This document shows, in pieces, positions 7,946-15,522 of a stretch of 39,453 nucleotides of DNA. This stretch comes from Candidatus Saccharimonadales bacterium. GTDB taxonomy: Bacteria; Chloroflexota; Limnocylindria; Limnocylindrales; CSP1-4. The notes under the pieces were generated by a model. The model was not told the DNA's origin and made no database searches. It was given only the letters and a program-made list of their open reading frames with translations. Numbering within the stretch: position 1 is the first letter of the stretch; each line of letters begins with the position of its first letter. The DNA lies in NCBI GenBank assembly GCA_035629655.1, contig DASPHN010000010.1, positions 1 through 39,453 on the forward strand. The letters run 5' to 3'. Made by a program: the position numbers and the translations under genes.

Positions 7946-8938
7946 ATGCGGGCCGCCATCCGAGAGCGCTACGGCCCACCGGACGTCGTCTCGGTCCGGG
8001 AGATCGAGCGTCCGGTCCCGGCCGGCGACGAGGTCCTCGTGCGGGTCGAGGCGGCATCCGTCAATCGCGCCGATCTCGACGGTCTGTACCCGCATCCTGG
8101 CTTCTCTCGGCTGTTCCTCGGGCTCCGGGCACCTCGGGTCCGCCGGGTCGGCATCGACGTCGCAGGCGTCGTCGAGGCGGTGGGGACCGAGGTGACCCGG
8201 TTCCAGCTGGGCGATCGAGTCTTCGCCGACCTGTATCCGCATGGCCAGGGCTCGTTCGCCGACTTCGTGGCCGCCCGGGAGCAGGCGTTCCTGCCGATCC
8301 CGTCGGAGCTGTCGTTCGAAACGGCTGCCACCCTGCCGCACTCGGCGATCCTCGCGATCCAGGGCCTTCGCCTCCGTGACGGACGTACGCCCAGGCCGGG
8401 GGACAGGGTCCTCGTCGACGGTGCATCCGGCAACGTCGGCCCGTTCGCGGTCCAGATCGCGAAGTCCCTCGGAGCGGTGGTGACCGGGGTCGCGAGCGCG
8501 TCCAAGCTCGATCTTGTGCGATCGCTCGGCGCCGATCACGTGCTGGACTATCGCGCCGTGGACTACACGAGGACCGGCGAGCGGTATGACTGGATCGTCG
8601 ACACGGACTCCCATCACTCGTTGCTCGAGATCCGTCGCGCGCTGCGGCCGAAGGGGGTCTACGTGACGCTCGGCGGCGACGGCTCGCGGCTCCTCCAGGC
8701 GATGACGGTCGGCCCGGCGGTCCGGCTGGCCAACGGCAAGCGGATGGGCCTGATGCTGTGGTGGAAGCCCTTCAAGGCCGATGACATCGCGACGCTTGTC
8801 CGGATGATCGGCGACGGGTCGGTCAGACCGATCATCGATCGTCGCTTCCCGCTCTCCGAGGTCGTCGAAGCGCTTCGATACGTCGACGATGGACACGCGC
8901 GTGGCAAGGTCCTGGTCACACCCCAGGGCGAGGCGTAG
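7946..8938 (+). CDS. NAD(P)H:quinone oxidoreductase / zinc-type alcohol dehydrogenase superfamily (MDR)
   Basis: VRVEAASVNRADL, GIDVAGVVEAVG and the Rossmann motif VLVDGASGNVGPFAVQIAKSLGAVVTGVAS, with a C-terminal GHARGKVLV. The start could be GTG 7940 or ATG 7946; GGGAAGGG lies upstream. Confidence 0.85.
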   Translation: MRAAIRERYGPPDVVSVREIERPVPAGDEVLVRVEAASVNRADLDGLYPHPGFSRLFLGLRAPRVRRVGIDVAGVVEAVGTEVTRFQLGDRVFADLYPHGQGSFADFVAAREQAFLPIPSELSFETAATLPHSAILAIQGLRLRDGRTPRPGDRVLVDGASGNVGPFAVQIAKSLGAVVTGVASASKLDLVRSLGADHVLDYRAVDYTRTGERYDWIVDTDSHHSLLEIRRALRPKGVYVTLGGDGSRLLQAMTVGPAVRLANGKRMGLMLWWKPFKADDIATLVRMIGDGSVRPIIDRRFPLSEVVEALRYVDDGHARGKVLVTPQGEA

Positions 8939-8948
8939 CCGAGCGTCG

Positions 8949-10628
8949 TCAGCGAGTCCCGCAGGTCGCTCGAAGCGTCGAGGCCGCGGTCCACAGCCGC
9001 CGCCGGGCATCCTCGGTCTCGTCGAGCGGTCGGAGGCCACGCTCGGCGATCTCCGACCGAACCGCGGTGGCCACGCGATCCCGCACCGTCCGCGCCCAGC
9101 GGCGACCGACCCATCCGGCATGGGCGCCGAGCAGGCGCGCGAGCAGGTACCCGATGAGCAGCGACACGACCAGGCTCGCGAACGGCGTCGCGACCTCGCC
9201 GAGCACGGGCACATCGACGGTCGAGGTCGACGGCCCGCCCAGGACCCAGATGACGACCCAGGCCACGGAGAGGGCGATGGCCACGGTCGCGAGCGTCTGC
9301 AGGAGACCGAAGAGCCGCCACCACCGGCTCGCGGGCGCCTCCAGCGGGCCCAGTGCGACGATCGAGCGGTCCACGGCCCGTTCCAGGCCGAGGCGCAATG
9401 GCGCCGGCTCCAACGCGGCGGCAAGCCGTGCCCGCACGCTCGGGCTTGCGGCGCGCAGCGGCGCAGCGAGCGCCTCGCGAAGGACCTCGACGGCCGGGGT
9501 CAGGGGGCCGCGCTCACGCCAACGGACGAGGTAGCCGGCAGGATCGGCGACGCGCGTCTCCCGGCCGGAGGCCCGATAGATGAGCCCGGTCAGCCGTCCG
9601 ATCGGGCCGGTGCCCTTCGAGCGTGCCCGAGCGCGCGTCGCCGCCTCGGCCTGTCGCTCCAGACCGCCCAGGTCGACCGTCCGCAGGACGGCGGCCGTCG
9701 CGGCGTCGATCGCGGCGGTCCGCGCGGCAGGGGCGAGGAACGGCGTATTCGGTCGGGAGGGATCGATCCCCGCGTCCCGCGCGAGCGTCGCCCCGCCATC
9801 CAGCACCGTCGCGGCGATGCGGTCCCGGACGATCCGTTTCGCGGCAACGCCGTCGGACAACCACGCGCGCAAGCGTTGGACGTCCGGCGCCGCCGGTGCC
9901 GCGGTCCCGGCAGCCGGCGCGGCACTGGTGAGGAGGATGGGGACGGGCGGAGCCGCCGATGCACGTGCCGCGCCCAGATCGCGCTCCAGGTCCCGTCGGA
10001 CGCGCTCGGCATCCTTGGACGTGAGCCGGTCCGCCTTGTTCACGACGACGACCTGTCGAGCGAGACGCGGCAGCCAGGCGCGCAGGAAGGCGTCGTGCAG
10101 CGCCGCGTCGTGGTACTTCTCCGGGTCCACCACCCAGGCGACGGCGTCCACCCGAGGCAGGATCGCCTCGACCCGGCTGCGGTGCTCGGCCGCGACCGAG
10201 TCCATGTCCGGAAGGTCGAGGATGGCGACAGGTCCCAGCGCATCGGCGGCGTGCTCGCGGATGTCCCGGACGCCGAGCCAGGCCAGGAGCGGGTCAAGGT
10301 CCGCACGTTCGACGGCCGGGACCCAGGCGACCGGATCGGAGGTGGTGGGCCTCCGGACCGACGCGGGGCTGACGGTCGAGCCCGCGAGCGCATTGAGCAG
10401 GCTCGACTTCCCGACGCCGGTGCCTCCCACGAAGGCCAGGACGTAGGCATCGCCCGGGAATCCGAGACGTCGCGCGGCGTCCGCGTGCGCTTCTCGAACG
10501 CGCGCCGTGTCGATGCCCATCTGGTCTGCGGCGTCTGCCGCATCGAGCAGGCGCTGCAGGCAGGCGTCGAGCGGGTCGGTCCCGTCCATGGGCGGTCCGT
10601 CGAGGGGCGCGAGCGTCGGGACCGTCAT
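8949..10628 (-). CDS. dynamin-like GTPase with two C-terminal transmembrane helices (DynB/LeoBC-like)
   Basis: G1 GGTGVGKSSLLNAL, G3 ILDLPDMDS, G4 VVVNKADRL, a long helical stalk, then WWRLFGLLQTLATVAIALSVAWVVIWVL and FASLVVSLLIGYLLARLLG. ATG 10626-10628 overlaps the stop of the upstream GTPase gene (ATGA). The track ORF start at 11123 is an Arg-rich read-in. Confidence 0.8.
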   Translation of the reverse strand: MTVPTLAPLDGPPMDGTDPLDACLQRLLDAADAADQMGIDTARVREAHADAARRLGFPGDAYVLAFVGGTGVGKSSLLNALAGSTVSPASVRRPTTSDPVAWVPAVERADLDPLLAWLGVRDIREHAADALGPVAILDLPDMDSVAAEHRSRVEAILPRVDAVAWVVDPEKYHDAALHDAFLRAWLPRLARQVVVVNKADRLTSKDAERVRRDLERDLGAARASAAPPVPILLTSAAPAAGTAAPAAPDVQRLRAWLSDGVAAKRIVRDRIAATVLDGGATLARDAGIDPSRPNTPFLAPAARTAAIDAATAAVLRTVDLGGLERQAEAATRARARSKGTGPIGRLTGLIYRASGRETRVADPAGYLVRWRERGPLTPAVEVLREALAAPLRAASPSVRARLAAALEPAPLRLGLERAVDRSIVALGPLEAPASRWWRLFGLLQTLATVAIALSVAWVVIWVLGGPSTSTVDVPVLGEVATPFASLVVSLLIGYLLARLLGAHAGWVGRRWARTVRDRVATAVRSEIAERGLRPLDETEDARRRLWTAASTLRATCGTR

Positions 10629-12337
10629 CCCGTGACGATCGGCAGTGCCCGGAGCGCCCCGGCGGCGGACCGCAGGTCGCCGGCGAGCTCGCTCAAGGCG
10701 CCGGCCTCGGGCAGGAGCCGGTCGAAGCGACTGCGCTCTTCGAGGAAGGTCGTGGTCAACGCCTCCTGGAGCCGCGCCCGTGCATCGGCGATGAGCTCGA
10801 CCATCGCGGCCTCGCCGAAGAGCGCGGAGAGGAGCTTCTGGTTGAGGAACGCGGTCGCCGCCGCGACGCCGACCTCGGCGCCGGTCAGTCCACCAGTGTG
10901 CAGGAAGGTCCCGAGCATCACGCCCGTTCCGAGCACATTGACGCCGACGGACGCGCCCCTGGCGAGTGTCCGCTTCGACTGGCCGTGCAACTGGATGTCG
11001 GTGACGATGCTCTCGATCCAGCCGTCCAGCCGGTCTCGAAGCCGCGCGTCGAAGTCGGGGGAGGGCAGCCACAGGTCGGCGTCCGCCGCGATGACCGGTC
11101 CCATCGCCGGCACATCGGACCATGCGCCGGCCGTGCGGCGAGCCGCCTCGGCCGCCTGGAGCCGCGCGACGGCCACGAGGTCATCGGTCGTGGCGGCTCG
11201 CATCTCGGCGACCGGGGCCGTGGCCGGCCGGAGCACAGAGGCGATCGCACCCCGGATCCGGCCGATCCCGTCGGAGAAGAAGCGCGTCATCTGGTCCGCA
11301 CCGACGAAGGACTGCCAGTGGCGCAGTGCCTCCTCGCGGAGGAACGCACCCTGCGCGATCTCCTGACGCAGGGCGACGAGGCTCGACTCGTACGTCCGGT
11401 CGGCGAGGCGCCGCAACGCCTCGACATCGATCGCCTCGTGGTCGGCGTCGTCGGCGATGCGGTCCAGGCTGTCGCCCAGACCAAGGAGCGAGCCCGTCAG
11501 GGCTCGTGTCGCGAGCTCGATGCGTGCTTCGCGGTCCGCCCGGAGGCGCCCGATCTCGGCGGTCAGCGTGGCGATCGTCGATGGGATGAGTTGCTCCCCG
11601 CCTGCGTCGAGGTCGCCCTCCCGGACCGCCACCAGCTCGGTCGGGGCCGTGTCGTGCTCGGCCGTGCGCAGCGCATCCAGGCCGGCGTCGGCCAGCAGGC
11701 GGCGGACATCGTCGAGAACGTCGACCTGGTCGGCCGGATCCGACGGCATCCGGTTCACGACGACGAGCAGGGGCAGGCCGCGTTCCCGGACCCGTTCGAG
11801 GACGGCCCACGGGACCTGGTCGGCATAGCGTGTCGCGGTCGTGACGAAGACGCACAGGTCGGCAGCCTCGACGAGGCGGTCCGCGAGCGCCCGATTGGCA
11901 TGCTCGACCGAATCGATGTCCGGCGCGTCGATGAGCGCGAGGCCGCGGTCGATCTGCTCGTCCTCGACGAATCGCAGCAACTCCGGTCGCACCGCGGCCA
12001 GCGCACCCTCGAGGAGCGACGCCCGGTCCCCAGGGTGGACCAGGACGACGGCGACGCGTGTGGTCGGCCGCAGCACGCCCGTCGTGCTGGCGGCGTGCCC
12101 GGCGATGGTGTTGAAGATGGTGCTCTTGCCGGCGCCCGTGGGTCCCACGAGCAGGACGACGAGCGGGGCGTCGAGCGAACGTGCCCGGACGCGGACATGG
12201 CCGGCGAGATGATCGGCCAGTTGGCGCGCCCGCGCCGTTGCGGCCTCGCTTCGTGCGGGCAGGGCGAGACGTCTCGACGCGAGCGTCTCGAGACGCTCGA
12301 CGAGGGCGCGAAGGTCCGCGGGCGCCGTGCCGATCAC
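10625..12337 (-). CDS. dynamin-like GTPase (DynA/LeoA-like), first gene of a two-gene operon
   Basis: G1 LLVGPTGAGKSTIFN, G3 LIDAPDIDS, G4 VVVNRMP, a helical stalk and a hydrophobic Gly-rich paddle-like segment GASVGVNVLGTGVMLGTFLHTGGLTGAEVGVAAATAF. GTG start at 12335-12337. Confidence 0.8.
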   Translation of the reverse strand: MIGTAPADLRALVERLETLASRRLALPARSEAATARARQLADHLAGHVRVRARSLDAPLVVLLVGPTGAGKSTIFNTIAGHAASTTGVLRPTTRVAVVLVHPGDRASLLEGALAAVRPELLRFVEDEQIDRGLALIDAPDIDSVEHANRALADRLVEAADLCVFVTTATRYADQVPWAVLERVRERGLPLLVVVNRMPSDPADQVDVLDDVRRLLADAGLDALRTAEHDTAPTELVAVREGDLDAGGEQLIPSTIATLTAEIGRLRADREARIELATRALTGSLLGLGDSLDRIADDADHEAIDVEALRRLADRTYESSLVALRQEIAQGAFLREEALRHWQSFVGADQMTRFFSDGIGRIRGAIASVLRPATAPVAEMRAATTDDLVAVARLQAAEAARRTAGAWSDVPAMGPVIAADADLWLPSPDFDARLRDRLDGWIESIVTDIQLHGQSKRTLARGASVGVNVLGTGVMLGTFLHTGGLTGAEVGVAAATAFLNQKLLSALFGEAAMVELIADARARLQEALTTTFLEERSRFDRLLPEAGALSELAGDLRSAAGALRALPIVTG

Positions 12338-12539
12338 CGCGCGAGGCTACACGCGGCGGCCGACGCCCGCAGCGACACCGGCCGGCATGACGATGGCACT
12401 CGCCTTACAGACGCGCTGGCCGTCGGCCCGATGCAACCTTGGGGGCGTGGTCTTGACGCGAAGTCGATGGGCGAACGACGACGCTCGCAGCGCGTCGGGC
12501 CCCAGGTCGCTCGGCTCGATGGTGGAGGTCGAGAGCTCG

Positions 12540-12740
12540 ATGGCCAAGACCGGCAGCAAGCACGAGAAGAAGCTGGCGAAGAAGGCTCGAAAGGCCGCGA
12601 AGCGAGCCTCGCGATCGACGCCGCCTGCCGCAACCGGGCCGGTCGCTGGGCTTCGGCGCGCGGCACCGCCCGCGGTCATCCTGGCTGCCGGTGCACTGCT
12701 CGCCGCGGCCGTGACCGCGGTCCTGCGGATCCGCCGGTAG
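12540..12740 (+). CDS. hypothetical small protein (66 aa), Lys-rich N-terminus with a single C-terminal TM (tail-anchored topology)
   Basis: MAKTGSKHEKKLAKKARKAAKRASR...AVILAAGALLAAAVTAVLRIRR. All Lys codons are AAG and GC3 is high. GGTGGAGG lies 11 nt upstream of ATG 12540. Divergent from the GTPase operon. No homology recognised. Confidence 0.45.
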   Translation: MAKTGSKHEKKLAKKARKAAKRASRSTPPAATGPVAGLRRAAPPAVILAAGALLAAAVTAVLRIRR

Positions 12741-12781
12741 ACGGCGGCCTGTCCCGTCGCCCCGGCTCGACTAGACGTCCG

Positions 12782-13222
12782 TCACCGCATCGAACCGCTG
12801 GTCCCGGTCCGGCCCAGCACGGTCGGGACCGCGTTGTACAGCAGGGTGAGACCCAACGCGAGATGGGCCGCGGCCAGGCCACCCGTCAGCGCCACCGGCG
12901 TCCCCGCCGACTCCGCCGCTGCGACGTCGTTCGGCAGGTTGGCCGTGCTCCCCGCGAGGAAGGCCGCCGCGACCAGCGACACGAACCCGGACCCGACCCG
13001 ACCGGTGCGACCGGGCTCGCGCGCGGCGGCCGCCGCAACGACGAGGACGACCGGCAGGAACAGGGGCGGTGTCAGGGCGGTCCCACGCAGGAACATGTCG
13101 CGGGGTCCACCCTCCGGCGACGCTCCGACCTGCCAGCGCGCGGACAGCAGCGCGCCGATGACGGGCACCGGGAGGTAGGCGACCACGACGGGGAGGAGAT
13201 GGCGGGCGGACGAACGCAGCAT
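12782..13222 (-). CDS. hypothetical integral membrane protein (about 4 TM)
   Basis: Hydrophobic segments (HLLPVVVAYLPVPVIGALL, LFLPVVLVVAAAAA, FVSLVAAAFLAG, LAAAHLALGLTLLY), high GC3, and GAGG 6 nt before ATG 13220-13222. The opposite-strand ORF is compositionally implausible. Confidence 0.6.
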   Translation of the reverse strand: MLRSSARHLLPVVVAYLPVPVIGALLSARWQVGASPEGGPRDMFLRGTALTPPLFLPVVLVVAAAAAREPGRTGRVGSGFVSLVAAAFLAGSTANLPNDVAAAESAGTPVALTGGLAAAHLALGLTLLYNAVPTVLGRTGTSGSMR

Positions 13223-13262
13223 CCGTGACCTCGGGCGGGTTCAGGACGTCATGGTCGCACCG

Positions 13263-13652
13263 CTACCCGCCGCTCAGCGCGACGATGACGCTGCTCACGA
13301 GCATGCCGGCGGCCACGGGGACCCAGATCCGTCGCTCACCGGAGCTCCGGCTGAGTGCGTTGAGCACGAGGGCGACCGCGGCGAACGCGACCGCCATCCA
13401 GACCAGCCACGGCACCGCGTTGTCCAGGCCGGGGACCACGATCCCGGCAGCGGACAGCACGACGACCGCGAGCAGCCCGATGACCACGGCCTGCACGAGC
13501 GCCGCCGCCCGCATCGCCGGCGGGTACCGACCCGGGAAGGCGCCGCCCATCGCGTACGCACCCCACGGCAAGCCGACGGCAAGCGCGATCTGGAACGCGA
13601 TGACCCCGAGGGCAAGGGTCGCGAAGACGAGCGCCGCGAGCGTCGTGACCAT
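13263..13652 (-). CDS. hypothetical integral membrane protein (4 TM)
   Basis: MVTTLAALVFATLALGVIAFQIALAVGLPWGAYAMGG... with four hydrophobic helices, 40 nt upstream of the previous membrane gene on the same strand. The start is uncertain (ATG 13652 or GTG 13730). Confidence 0.6.
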   Translation of the reverse strand: MVTTLAALVFATLALGVIAFQIALAVGLPWGAYAMGGAFPGRYPPAMRAAALVQAVVIGLLAVVVLSAAGIVVPGLDNAVPWLVWMAVAFAAVALVLNALSRSSGERRIWVPVAAGMLVSSVIVALSGG

Positions 13653-13708
13653 GGAGGCATCATCGCAGGCGCCCGGTCGCCGCCCCGGCCGTTCCGTATC
13701 CTGTCGCC

Positions 13709-13939
13709 ATGCGACTGCACCCGAATCCACCGCGCCTCATCACCGTCGGCATCGCGCTCGCGCTCGGCATCGTGGGCCTGGTCTACGCCTGGCCGATCGA
13801 CGCCCTCACGCCGATCCTCGATCCGGTCGCGTCGATCCTGTCGACGGTCGGCCTGAGCCTCGATCGGCAGCTGGCCGAGCTCATGCTGTTCGCCTGCCCG
13901 ACGCTGCTTGTCATCGGCTCGCTGCTCCCGGGGATCTGA
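13709..13939 (+). CDS. hypothetical two-TM miniprotein (76 aa)
   Basis: MRLHPNPPRLITVGIALALGIVGLVYAW...LMLFACPTLLVIGSLLPGI. There is no SD, but a TAnnnT hexamer (TATCCT, 13697-13702) ends 6 nt before the A of the ATG, which fits a leaderless mRNA. Confidence 0.55.
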   Translation: MRLHPNPPRLITVGIALALGIVGLVYAWPIDALTPILDPVASILSTVGLSLDRQLAELMLFACPTLLVIGSLLPGI

Positions 13940-13942
13940 CCG

Positions 13943-14116
13943 ATGAACCGAACGAACTTCGCGCCGACCGCGCCGACCATCATCGTCGCGCTGCTGCTCA
14001 TCATCGTGGGCCTCATCGGGACGACGGGGATCGCCCTGTCCGACACGATCGGCATCGTCGCGTTCGTCGCGGCGACGGTGCTCCTCCTCCTCGGGATGGT
14101 CGTCCGCGGGATCTAG
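13943..14116 (+). CDS. hypothetical two-TM miniprotein (57 aa), paralogue of the preceding gene; not in the supplied ORF track
   Basis: Hand translation: MNRTNFAPTAPTIIVALLLIIVGLIGTTGIALSDTIGIVAFVAATVLLLLGMVVRGI*. It starts 3 nt after the previous stop and shares the layout and the ...GI* terminus (gggatctga / gggatctag) with 13709-13939. GC3 is high. Confidence 0.5.
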   Translation: MNRTNFAPTAPTIIVALLLIIVGLIGTTGIALSDTIGIVAFVAATVLLLLGMVVRGI

Positions 14117-14169
14117 GGGAGCGTCGGCGATGCACGAGACCACCCGATCCGGCGCCTGCCCGCGATGCG

Positions 14170-14195
14170 GGAACCCGCGGGTACGGCCAGCCGTC
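14170..14195 (+). promoter_or_regulatory. candidate ECF-sigma-type (autoregulated) promoter GGAAC-N17-CGTC
   Basis: GGAAC at 14170-14174, an exact 17-nt spacer, and CGTC at 14192-14195. The in-frame GTG at 14204 lies 8 nt downstream. The motif matches the general AAC / CGT consensus of group IV sigma promoters. Confidence 0.4.
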
Positions 14196-14203
14196 CCGGG
14201 CCG

Positions 14204-14797
14204 GTGACCGACACCACGAGGGCGGTGTCCCCGCTCGCCCGCTTCGACGAGCTCTTCACCGAGTTCCAGCGACCCGTCCTCGCCTACGCGATGCGCCGGA
14301 CCCAGACCCTGGCTGACGCGGAAGATGTGGCGGCCGAGACCTTCACGATCGCCTGGCGCAAGGTCGCATCCATCCCGCTTGACGAGCCCCTGCCGTGGCT
14401 GTACGCCGTCGCCAGGCGGGTCCTGGCCAACCACCGCCGGGGCCTTGGGCGGCGCGAGCGGTTGGCCGCCCTGCTCCGAGTCGACGATGTCGCGACGCCG
14501 GTGCGTGCCGGCGACGATCTCGACGGGCCGGCCTTCGCCGCCCTGGCATCGCTCTCCCCGGCCGATCAGGAGGTGCTCCGCCTCGTGGCGTGGGAAGAGC
14601 TCGGGAACCAGCAGATCGCGGCCGTGCTCGGGATCACGGCCAACGCTGTCGCCATCCGCCTGCATCGGGCCCGGGCACGGTTCGCCGATGCCCTCGCCAA
14701 GGGAATCCCGAGCGACCTGAAATATCCGGACCCGAGCCGGACATCGGCTGATGTGACGGGCACTGACGGTGCCGCATGGAAAGGAGCAGGGAAGTGA
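14204..14797 (+). CDS. ECF (group IV) RNA polymerase sigma-70 factor
   Basis: Region 2 FDELFTEFQRPVLAYAMRRTQTLADAEDVAAETFTIAWRK...LPWLYAVARRVLANHRR and region 4 LSPADQEVLRLVAWEELGNQQIAAVLGITANAVAIRLHRARARF. The start is either GTG 14204 (after the putative promoter) or ATG 14165 (track). Confidence 0.85.
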   Translation: MTDTTRAVSPLARFDELFTEFQRPVLAYAMRRTQTLADAEDVAAETFTIAWRKVASIPLDEPLPWLYAVARRVLANHRRGLGRRERLAALLRVDDVATPVRAGDDLDGPAFAALASLSPADQEVLRLVAWEELGNQQIAAVLGITANAVAIRLHRARARFADALAKGIPSDLKYPDPSRTSADVTGTDGAAWKGAGK

Positions 14798-15411
14798 GCA
14801 TGCCGAGCGGATCCGATCCGATCGAGCGGCTTCGCGCTGCTGACCCGGTCCGTGCGAGCGACGTGCCCGACGCGAGTCTCGCCCGTGTATCGGCGAGGAC
14901 CCAGGAGCACATCATGTCCGACATCAGCCGCGATACGACCCCTCTTCGACCACGCCGCGGGCCCCTGGCCCTGGTCGGCGGCATCGCGCTCGCCGGGGCG
15001 TTCGCCCTCGCGATCGCGGTCAGCAACGGCTTCGGCCTCGGTGGTCAGACGCCTGGCCCCATCGCCGCCAACCCGACCCCGACCGAGAACCCGGCCGCGG
15101 GCGGCGGCGCGGCGTCGTGCCTCGTCTACGACCCGGCGACGCTGCCCACCTTCGACATCGTCTTCGACGGCACGGTCACGGCCGTCGACGGCGACCAGAT
15201 CACGTTCGACGTGAACGAGGGCTGGAAGGGCGCTGACGGCAGCATCACGCTGACCGCGCCCGCGGTGGATCCCGCGCTCGTCGGCCCGCTGCCGGCGTTC
15301 GAGGTCGGCGGACGCTACCTCGTCACGGCGTTCGGCTCGACGATCAACGCCTGCGGCTACACGCTCGACTACGACGCGGACACCGCAGCATCATGGGCGG
15401 CCGCCTTCTGA
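14794..15411 (+). CDS. single-pass membrane protein co-transcribed with the ECF sigma (putative anti-sigma / sigma-associated protein)
   Basis: GTG 14794 overlaps the sigma stop (GTGA), with AAAGGAG 7 nt upstream. The cytoplasmic N-terminus DPIERLRAADPV is followed by the TM LALVGGIALAGAFALAIAV, a Pro/Thr linker and a Cys-containing extracytoplasmic domain. No HxxxCxxC zinc-finger anti-sigma motif is present. Confidence 0.65.
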   Translation: MSMPSGSDPIERLRAADPVRASDVPDASLARVSARTQEHIMSDISRDTTPLRPRRGPLALVGGIALAGAFALAIAVSNGFGLGGQTPGPIAANPTPTENPAAGGGAASCLVYDPATLPTFDIVFDGTVTAVDGDQITFDVNEGWKGADGSITLTAPAVDPALVGPLPAFEVGGRYLVTAFGSTINACGYTLDYDADTAASWAAAF

Positions 15412-15438
15412 GGCTCGCTTACCGATCCAGTCCTCGCA

Positions 15439-15466
15439 CGAAGCCCCGCCACGTGGCGGGGCTTCG
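15439..15466. terminator. GC-rich hairpin between convergent genes (bidirectional intrinsic terminator candidate)
   Basis: cGAAGCCCCGCC-ACGT-GGCGGGGCTTCg is a perfect 12-bp stem with a 4-nt loop. It lies 28 nt after the + strand gene and 57 nt after the - strand EamA gene. There is no clear U-tract, which is common in high-GC actinobacteria. Confidence 0.55.
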
Positions 15467-15522
15467 GATCGTGGGCGAGTCCCGTCGCCCGCCGCCGACG
15501 GGGCCGCGGGCCGACGGGGACG

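Noticed and set aside
7625-9424. 599-aa - strand ORF across the SRPBCC and quinone oxidoreductase genes
   Set aside because: It is a shadow ORF opposite a well-supported MDR oxidoreductase with a Rossmann motif, and its composition is implausible.
8889-13228. 825-aa and 776-aa + strand ORFs (8889-11366, 10898-13228) over the GTPase operon
   Set aside because: Both are antisense to two GTPase genes with complete G1/G3/G4 motifs. The translations are dominated by R, G, P and D runs. There is no SD or family signature.
13295-14665. 456-aa - strand ORF covering the minigenes and the sigma factor
   Set aside because: It is antisense to an ECF sigma with clear regions 2 and 4. The translation is Arg/Asp/Gly repetitive.
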